This document shows, in pieces, positions 58,281 to 64,000 of a stretch of DNA of 64,000 nt. Position 1 is the stretch's first letter; every line of letters begins with the position of its first letter. The stretch is from an uncultured Chloroflexia bacterium (GTDB lineage: Bacteria > Chloroflexota > Limnocylindria > Limnocylindrales > CSP1-4): assembly GCA_963719285.1 (NCBI GenBank), contig CAVRBO010000004.1, positions 842,064 through 906,063 on the forward strand, in the 5' to 3' direction. Both the position numbers and the translations under genes were made by a program. The notes below the pieces were generated by a model that searched no databases, was not told where the DNA came from, and saw nothing but the letters and a program-made list of their open reading frames with translations.

Positions 58281-59366
58281 TTGCCTGAGTCGACACCCGC
58301 CATCGAGCTGCGCCACACCACGAAACGCTATGGCCAGACGGTCGCCCTCAACGACGTGTCGATGGTGATCGAACCCGGCGAGTTCTTCTGCCTCCTCGGC
58401 CCGTCCGGGTGTGGCAAGACGACGACCCTGAACCTCATCGGCGGGTTCATCCCGGTGAGCGCGGGCGAGCTGCTGATCGAGGGCCGCACGGTCAACGACC
58501 TGCCGCCCCACAAGCGCAACGTCAACACGGTCTTCCAGAACTACGCCCTGTTCCCGCACATGACCGTGGCCCAGAACGTCGCGTTCGGCCTGCGGATGGA
58601 GAGCCTGCCCGCGGCGGAGGTGACCCGACGGACCGGCGAGTACCTGGAGCTCGTCGGGCTGGAAGGGCTGAGCCAGCGGCTTCCGTCGGAGATGTCCGGC
58701 GGCCAGCAACAGCGGGTGGCCCTGGCCCGGGCCCTGGCCAAACGTCCCGCGGTCCTGCTGCTCGACGAGCCGCTCGGCGCCCTCGATCTCAAGCTGCGCC
58801 GGAACATGCAGTCGGAGCTGTCGCGTATCCATCGCCAGGTGGGCACGACCTTCGTCTTCGTCACCCACGATCAGGACGAGGCGCTCTCGATGGGCACCCG
58901 GATCGCCATCATGTCGGGCGGTCGGGTCGCCCAGATCGGGACGCCCCGGGAGGTCTACGACCGGCCGGTCAACCGCTTCGTGGCCGACTTCGTCGGCGAG
59001 ACGAACTTCCTGTCCGGGACGGTGGCGCCGGAGGACGGCCGGCCGGTGTTCGGCCTGTCGGGCGGCGGCCGGGTGATCGCCCCCACGGGATCGCCCGCCG
59101 GGCCCGCGACGCTCATGGTCCGCCCGGAGTCGCTGACCCTGCGGCCGCTCGACGATCCGAGCCCGGAGCCCGGTATCACCGGGCGGATCGTGGACATCGC
59201 ATTCCTGGGCAACCACACACGGATCACCCTCGCGACGACGGCAGGTGACATCGTCGCGATCCGGCCACACGGGACCAGTGTTCGAACGACCCACCAGGAG
59301 GAGGAGTTGGGGGAGGAGGTGTGCGTATGGTGGCCTGCGGACGACGCCGCACTCATCGGAGACTGA
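58281..59366 (+). CDS. ABC transporter ATP-binding protein (PotA/spermidine-putrescine type)
   Basis: Walker A (GPSGCGKTT), the signature LSGGQQQRVALARAL, Walker B (LLLDEPLGALD), and a C-terminal TOBE-like domain. The first available in-frame start is the TTG at 58281; there is an in-frame stop at 58254. Confidence 0.8.
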   Translation: MPESTPAIELRHTTKRYGQTVALNDVSMVIEPGEFFCLLGPSGCGKTTTLNLIGGFIPVSAGELLIEGRTVNDLPPHKRNVNTVFQNYALFPHMTVAQNVAFGLRMESLPAAEVTRRTGEYLELVGLEGLSQRLPSEMSGGQQQRVALARALAKRPAVLLLDEPLGALDLKLRRNMQSELSRIHRQVGTTFVFVTHDQDEALSMGTRIAIMSGGRVAQIGTPREVYDRPVNRFVADFVGETNFLSGTVAPEDGRPVFGLSGGGRVIAPTGSPAGPATLMVRPESLTLRPLDDPSPEPGITGRIVDIAFLGNHTRITLATTAGDIVAIRPHGTSVRTTHQEEELGEEVCVWWPADDAALIGD

Positions 59367-59403
59367 TCGACCGTCACGTGGACGATGCAAGGAGGAGCGT
59401 GGA

Positions 59404-60588
59404 ATGACTGATCTGATGCGCGAATACAGCCGACGGCAGTTCCTCAAGGTGACTGCCGCGGCGAGCGCAGCTGTCGGCGCCGGCGGCATCCTCGCCGCCT
59501 GTTCGACCGCCGCGACGCCGGTCCCGACGACCGCTCCGACGGCCGCCGGCACGGCCGGTCCGACTGCCGCTCCGGCGACCGCCGCCCCGACCGCCGCCCC
59601 GACCGGAACGTTCAACTGGATGACCTGGGGTGACCACTGGTACCAGGCCCAGGTCGACGCCATCGCCGCGACGAACAACATCAAGATCAACGCGACGCTG
59701 TTCAGCGACAACATCGACGCCTATACCAAGGTCAAGCAGGTCGGCGGCCAGATCGACATGGTCTCGGGGGACGCCCTGTGGGTACCCCACTACTTCGAGG
59801 CGGGCCTCATCGAGGCGTGGGACATCAACTCGCTCGAGGTCGCGAAGCAGCTCTACTCGATCGCTCGCTCGTTCCCGATCTGGACGAAGCCGGAAGGCTA
59901 CCTCGGCTACCCGTTCGGGTGGTCGCCGGTCCAGATCTACTACGACCCGGCGCACGTCTCCCCGGCCCCCGATTCGTGGGAGGTCCTCATCGACCCGAAG
60001 TACAAGAAGCGGGTCGTCGTGGAGAACCAGCCGGTCGAGATCATGGCCTACATGGGCAAGTTCGCCGGGGTGGGCAATGCCTACAGCATGACCCCCGACG
60101 AGATCGCCAAGGCCAAGGACCTGCTCAAGCAGCTCAAGCCGAACATCCTGAAGCTGGCCGACCAGGCCACCGACACGATCGCCCTGCTCAAGACGGGTGA
60201 GGCGTGGATCGCCACCGGCAACCTCGGCACCGAATCGCGGGTCAAGGACCAGGGCGGCCCCGATCTCAACGTCTTCACGCCCAAGGAGGGGACCATCGGC
60301 TGGATGGACTCCGAGATGATCGTGAAGGGCGGCGGGAACGAGAACCTGATCATGCCGTTCCTCGAGCTGGCCGAGCAGGCCGAATACATCGCCGCGAACT
60401 TCATCCTCAACGGGCGGCCGCTGTTCAACGAGGCCGCCTACAAGATCCTGGTCAACCAGGGCCAGCAGGAGCGCGCCGATCGGTTCCTGTACAACAAGCC
60501 CGAGACGGTCCAGACGATGGACCTCAAGGGCCCCGGCACGTCCACCCAGGCCGTGATCGACGCGTTCAACGAGGTCTTCGGCGCCTAG
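59404..60588 (+). CDS. ABC transporter substrate-binding lipoprotein (PotD/PotF polyamine-type family) with a Tat-like signal
   Basis: SRRQFLKVTAAASAAVGAGGILAAC (twin-arginine motif plus lipobox) is followed by a Pro/Ala/Thr linker and a PotD-like fold of 394 aa. An AGGAGG ribosome-binding site is present. Confidence 0.8.
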   Translation: MTDLMREYSRRQFLKVTAAASAAVGAGGILAACSTAATPVPTTAPTAAGTAGPTAAPATAAPTAAPTGTFNWMTWGDHWYQAQVDAIAATNNIKINATLFSDNIDAYTKVKQVGGQIDMVSGDALWVPHYFEAGLIEAWDINSLEVAKQLYSIARSFPIWTKPEGYLGYPFGWSPVQIYYDPAHVSPAPDSWEVLIDPKYKKRVVVENQPVEIMAYMGKFAGVGNAYSMTPDEIAKAKDLLKQLKPNILKLADQATDTIALLKTGEAWIATGNLGTESRVKDQGGPDLNVFTPKEGTIGWMDSEMIVKGGGNENLIMPFLELAEQAEYIAANFILNGRPLFNEAAYKILVNQGQQERADRFLYNKPETVQTMDLKGPGTSTQAVIDAFNEVFGA

Positions 60589-60618
60589 TCCCGAAGAGCT
60601 CGGGACGGGACCGACAAC

Positions 60619-61536
60619 ATGACGACCGAGATCCGCGGCGGGGCCGGAGAGGCTCCGCTCGCGGGTTCCGGCCGCGGCGTGGGCGCGCGGCTGGGACGGG
60701 CCCTCCCGTTCTGGCCGGGCCTGCTCATGCTGACCCTGCTGTTCATCATCCCCATGTTCATCATGTTGCTGTTCAGCTTCTGGCGGACCAACTCGGACTT
60801 CGACCTGGTCCGCGAGTTGAACACCAACAACTACGCGCGGTTCTTCAACCAGCCGACGTACATCCGGACCTTCTTCAAGACCCTGCTGATGGGGTCCGCC
60901 GTGACGATCGGCGGGCTGGCCATCTCCCTGCCGTTCACCTACTTCCTCGTGCGCTACGTGAGCCGGCGCTGGCAGCGGATCGTGCTCCTGGCCGTGATCG
61001 TCCCGTTCTGGACGAGCTACCTGCTCCGGGTCTACGCATGGGAGGCGATCCTGGGCGAGACGGGCGCGCTGAACCAGTTCCTCATGGGCATCGGCGTCAT
61101 CCACGAACCGTCGACCCTGTTCGTCTACAACAACCTGACGGTCTTCGTCGTGCTCGTGTACGTCTACTTTCCGTTCGCCGCGCTCGCCCTGTACGCGGCC
61201 CTCGAGAAGTTCGACTTCACCCAGCTCAACGCGGCCCAGGACCTGGGCGCACGGCCCGACCAGGCGTTCCGGCACATCCTGCTGCCCCAGATCCGGACCG
61301 GGATCATCACGGCCTGCATCTTCGTGTTCATCCCGATCCTGGGCGAGTTCCTCACCCCGACCCTGGTGGGTGGAGCCGACGGGAGCCTGATCGCGAACCT
61401 GATCGTGAACTTCACCCGCCAGGGCCAGTACCCGGAAGGGGCCGCGCTGGCGATCATCATCGCGGCGTTCGTCACGATCGTGCTCATCGTGTTCCGCCGA
61501 TCCCTGCGGGTCGAGGATGTGGTGACCCGTGGCTAA
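60619..61536 (+). CDS. ABC transporter permease (PotB-like)
   Basis: Six TM helices and the motif AAQDLGARPDQAFRHILLPQ. Confidence 0.85.
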   Translation: MTTEIRGGAGEAPLAGSGRGVGARLGRALPFWPGLLMLTLLFIIPMFIMLLFSFWRTNSDFDLVRELNTNNYARFFNQPTYIRTFFKTLLMGSAVTIGGLAISLPFTYFLVRYVSRRWQRIVLLAVIVPFWTSYLLRVYAWEAILGETGALNQFLMGIGVIHEPSTLFVYNNLTVFVVLVYVYFPFAALALYAALEKFDFTQLNAAQDLGARPDQAFRHILLPQIRTGIITACIFVFIPILGEFLTPTLVGGADGSLIANLIVNFTRQGQYPEGAALAIIIAAFVTIVLIVFRRSLRVEDVVTRG

Positions 61537-62374
61537 GGGGATCGGCGCGCTCGACACGATGCCGGTCAGTCCGCTGGCCCGGCAGACCCGTGGCTGCCTC
61601 GGTGTCCTCGCCGGCGCGACGCTGGTGTTCCTCTACCTGCCGATCGTGTTCCTCATCCTGTTCTCGTTCGAGGAGGCCGACACGCCGGGGTTCCCCATCA
61701 CGGGCCTGACCCTCCACTGGTACGAGAAGATGCTCACGGACAGCGCGATCCACTCCGCCCTGTTCAACTCCGTGCTCGTGGCCGTCATCGTCTCGCTCCT
61801 GGCGACGCTGATCGGCACGATGGCGGCCTTCCCGCTCGTGCGTGGCGGCATCCGCTTCCCCGGGACCGCCCGGATCCTGTTCACGCTGCCGATCATGATC
61901 CCGGGCGTGCTCATCGGGCTCGGCCTGCTCGTCTTCCTGACCCTGCTCGGGATCAAGCTGGGCCTGCACACCGTGATCCTGGGCCACCTCGTGTTCACGA
62001 CGCCGTTCGTCGTGCTCATCGTGGCCGCCCGGCTCCAGGGCTTCGACCGACGACTCGAGTGGGCGGCCGCGGACCTCGGGGCGAACGGCCGGCAGACCCT
62101 CCGCCACATCGTCCTGCCCCTCATCGCGCCGGCGATCGTGGCCGGAGCGCTCCTGAGCGTCACCCTCTCGATCGACGAGTTCGTCGTGACGTTCTTCACG
62201 ATCGGCCCGCAACTCACCCTGCCGCTGTTCATCATCACCCAGATCAAGTTCGGCGTGACCCCGGAGGTCAACGCCCTGGCCGCCGTCATCCTCGTCGGCA
62301 CGCTGTCCGTGTTCGGGGTCGGCTCGCTCCTGCTCGGCGGCAGCCGCAGGCTCCGGCACAGCGACGCCGAATGA
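61529..62374 (+). CDS. ABC transporter permease (PotC-like)
   Basis: The TM pattern and the motif AAADLGANGRQTLRHIVLPL. It overlaps the previous gene by 8 nt. Confidence 0.85.
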   Translation: MAKGIGALDTMPVSPLARQTRGCLGVLAGATLVFLYLPIVFLILFSFEEADTPGFPITGLTLHWYEKMLTDSAIHSALFNSVLVAVIVSLLATLIGTMAAFPLVRGGIRFPGTARILFTLPIMIPGVLIGLGLLVFLTLLGIKLGLHTVILGHLVFTTPFVVLIVAARLQGFDRRLEWAAADLGANGRQTLRHIVLPLIAPAIVAGALLSVTLSIDEFVVTFFTIGPQLTLPLFIITQIKFGVTPEVNALAAVILVGTLSVFGVGSLLLGGSRRLRHSDAE

Positions 62375-62429
62375 GGCGCCAGTCACAGGTCGGGTCAGAG
62401 CCGTCGGGCGCCCGGACGAGGTCGCGGCC

Positions 62430-63461
62430 GTGACCGGCCAGACCGTGGCGCCGGCCGCCGCGTCCGGACTCCTCGGTCCGCGACCCGCGCCCGACGCGCC
62501 GATCCGGATCGCGTTCCAGATCTGGGGCCAGGCGGTCGCCTGGCCGGACCTCATGGCGGCCGGCGAGCGGGTCGAGGCGCTCGGCTTCGCCAGCCTGTTC
62601 GCCAACGATCACCTCATGCCGATCCTGGGCGACGCGGATGGGCCGGTGCTCGGTTCGGAAGGGCCGGTCTTCGAGGGCTGGATGACCCTCGGCGCCTGGG
62701 CCGCGCGGACCACCCACATCCCCCTCGGCGTGCTCGTGTGCGGGGTCGGTTACCGGAACGTGGGGCTCACGGTGAAGATGGCGACCGCCCTCGACCACGC
62801 CAGTGGCGGCCGGGCGATGCTCGGCCTGGGCGCCGGGTGGCACGAGCCCGAGCACCGCGCGTTCGGCTACGAGATGCTGTCCCTGGGCGACCGGATCAGC
62901 CGGTTCGACGAGGCCAGCCGGCTCGCCCGGGGGATGCTGGACGGTGCGCCCTTCACCCAGGACGGGCGCTGGGTCAGCGGCGTCGCGGTGCGCAACGACC
63001 CGCCGCCCGTCCAGGCCAGGATGCCGCTCCTGATCGGTGGCAGCGGCGAGAAGCGGACACTCCGGATCGTCGCCCGCGACGCGGACATCTGGAATGGCGA
63101 GGGCGACCCGGCGACGTTCGCCCACAAGAGCGCGGTGCTCGATGCGCACTGCGCCGAGCTGGGCCGCGATCCGGCCGCGATCCGGCGGACTGTCGGCGTC
63201 CAGCCGGTCTGCATCCGCGACACGCGTGAGGCGGCGGTCGACGCGCTGGCCGCGATCCTCACGCTCCAGGGTGCCGACCCGGCGAGCGCCCGCGCCTGGG
63301 CGGCGAGCTCGCCACTGGCCGATACCCAGGACACCGTGGTGCGGCTGTTCCGCGCCTGGCGCGCCGCCGGGGCCGAGGAGGCCGTCGTCGACCTGCCCAC
63401 GCCACTGGACGACGAGACGATGGAGCGACTGGCCGGGCCGGTCCGGGATCGACTCGCGTGA
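62430..63461 (+). CDS. LLM-class F420-dependent oxidoreductase
   Basis: ...FANDHLMPILG...FEGWMTLGAWAART...LGLGAGWHEPEH is luciferase-like. A GTG start is used. Confidence 0.8.
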   Translation: MTGQTVAPAAASGLLGPRPAPDAPIRIAFQIWGQAVAWPDLMAAGERVEALGFASLFANDHLMPILGDADGPVLGSEGPVFEGWMTLGAWAARTTHIPLGVLVCGVGYRNVGLTVKMATALDHASGGRAMLGLGAGWHEPEHRAFGYEMLSLGDRISRFDEASRLARGMLDGAPFTQDGRWVSGVAVRNDPPPVQARMPLLIGGSGEKRTLRIVARDADIWNGEGDPATFAHKSAVLDAHCAELGRDPAAIRRTVGVQPVCIRDTREAAVDALAAILTLQGADPASARAWAASSPLADTQDTVVRLFRAWRAAGAEEAVVDLPTPLDDETMERLAGPVRDRLA

Positions 63462-63492
63462 ACGCGACCCAGTACAACGGAGGGCCCAGCTG

Positions 63493-64000
63493 ATGCGAGC
63501 CGCAGTCTACGAGGGCGAGGGCCGCCTCGTCGTCAAGGATGTCCCGGACCCGACGCCCGCGGCCGACGAGGTCCTCATCGAGGTGGAGGCCTGCGGCGTC
63601 TGCGGCTCGGACGTGCAGATCATCAACATGCCGCCCGGTCACCCGTCGACGCCGCCGGTCATCATCGGCCACGAGTTCGTCGGCCACGTGCGGGCGGTGG
63701 GGTCCGACGTCACGGACATCGCGCTGGGCACCAGGGTCGTCGTCGATCCCGATCCCAAGTGTGGGGCCTGCGATTCGTGCCGGGCGGGCCGGCCGGCGAA
63801 CTGCACGAACATCGTGGCCCTCGGCGTGTACCGCGACGGGGCGCTGGCCCAGTTCGTGACCGCGCCGGCGAACAGCGTCTACCCGATCTCGGACGACGTC
63901 TCGGCCGAGATGGCCGCGCTCGTCGAGCCGCTCGCGTGCGTGGTGAACGGCGCCAATCGGGCGGCCGTCCGGCCCGGCGAGTCGGTCGTCGTGTTCGGGG
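63493..64000 (+). CDS. Zinc-binding medium-chain dehydrogenase (sorbitol/threonine dehydrogenase-like); the 3' end is truncated by the window
   Basis: MRAAVYEGEGRLVVKDVPDP...EVEACGVCGSDVQ...GHEFVGHV...DPDPKCGACDSCRAGRPANC carries the catalytic and structural Zn motifs. Confidence 0.8.
   Translation, partial: MRAAVYEGEGRLVVKDVPDPTPAADEVLIEVEACGVCGSDVQIINMPPGHPSTPPVIIGHEFVGHVRAVGSDVTDIALGTRVVVDPDPKCGACDSCRAGRPANCTNIVALGVYRDGALAQFVTAPANSVYPISDDVSAEMAALVEPLACVVNGANRAAVRPGESVVVFG

Noticed and set aside
58097-58288. 63 aa ORF in the intergenic region upstream of the PotA-like gene
   Set aside because: It begins inside the putative -35/operator region and runs through the leader with no ribosome-binding site. 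It is more likely non-coding leader sequence; only the 12-codon upstream ORF inside it has a ribosome-binding site.

Overview
This 64 kb window is very GC-rich (roughly 70% or more by eye) and densely coding. Gene content suggests an actinobacterial-type chromosome: many F420-dependent enzymes, lipoprotein signal peptides, and frequent GTG/TTG starts with GGAGG-type ribosome-binding sites. No rRNA, tRNA, CRISPR array, transposase or integrase was found. Because of the GC content, every gene is shadowed by long Arg/Pro/Gly-rich antisense ORFs, which I treat as artifacts.

The window divides into three parts:

- **1-6906, minus strand:** a co-oriented F420 locus running PPOX-type enzyme, fgd, LLM oxidoreductase, cofD, cofC, cofE, LLM oxidoreductase, trxB.
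- **7 kb-34 kb, mixed strands:** housekeeping and accessory genes. These include an EAL phosphodiesterase, mtnP, pncA, a 5'-3' exonuclease, aceE, a PQQ-dependent sugar dehydrogenase, an ugp-like sugar ABC importer with a GntR regulator, a glycerophosphodiester phosphodiesterase (GDPD), a GH38 alpha-mannosidase, and an aminotransferase/dehydrogenase pair.
- **34 kb-62 kb:** a carbohydrate/cyclitol-type accessory region, which is the most interesting part. It holds an inositol-catabolism-like gene set (iolD, iolC, two iolB, iolG, a class I aldolase, two xylose-isomerase-like TIM-barrel proteins, three Gfo/Idh/MocA dehydrogenases). Mixed in with these are a DegT/StsC-family aminotransferase, a split transketolase, a LacI regulator, a polyamine-type (PotABCD-like) ABC importer, and three PHP-type metallohydrolase paralogs, two of which are about 865 aa with a large uncharacterised N-terminal region.

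Four copies of a LacI-type palindrome (core GCAAYCGRTTKC) occur in this last region, three of them about 25 nt downstream of a TATTGACG box. They tie the region into one putative regulon.
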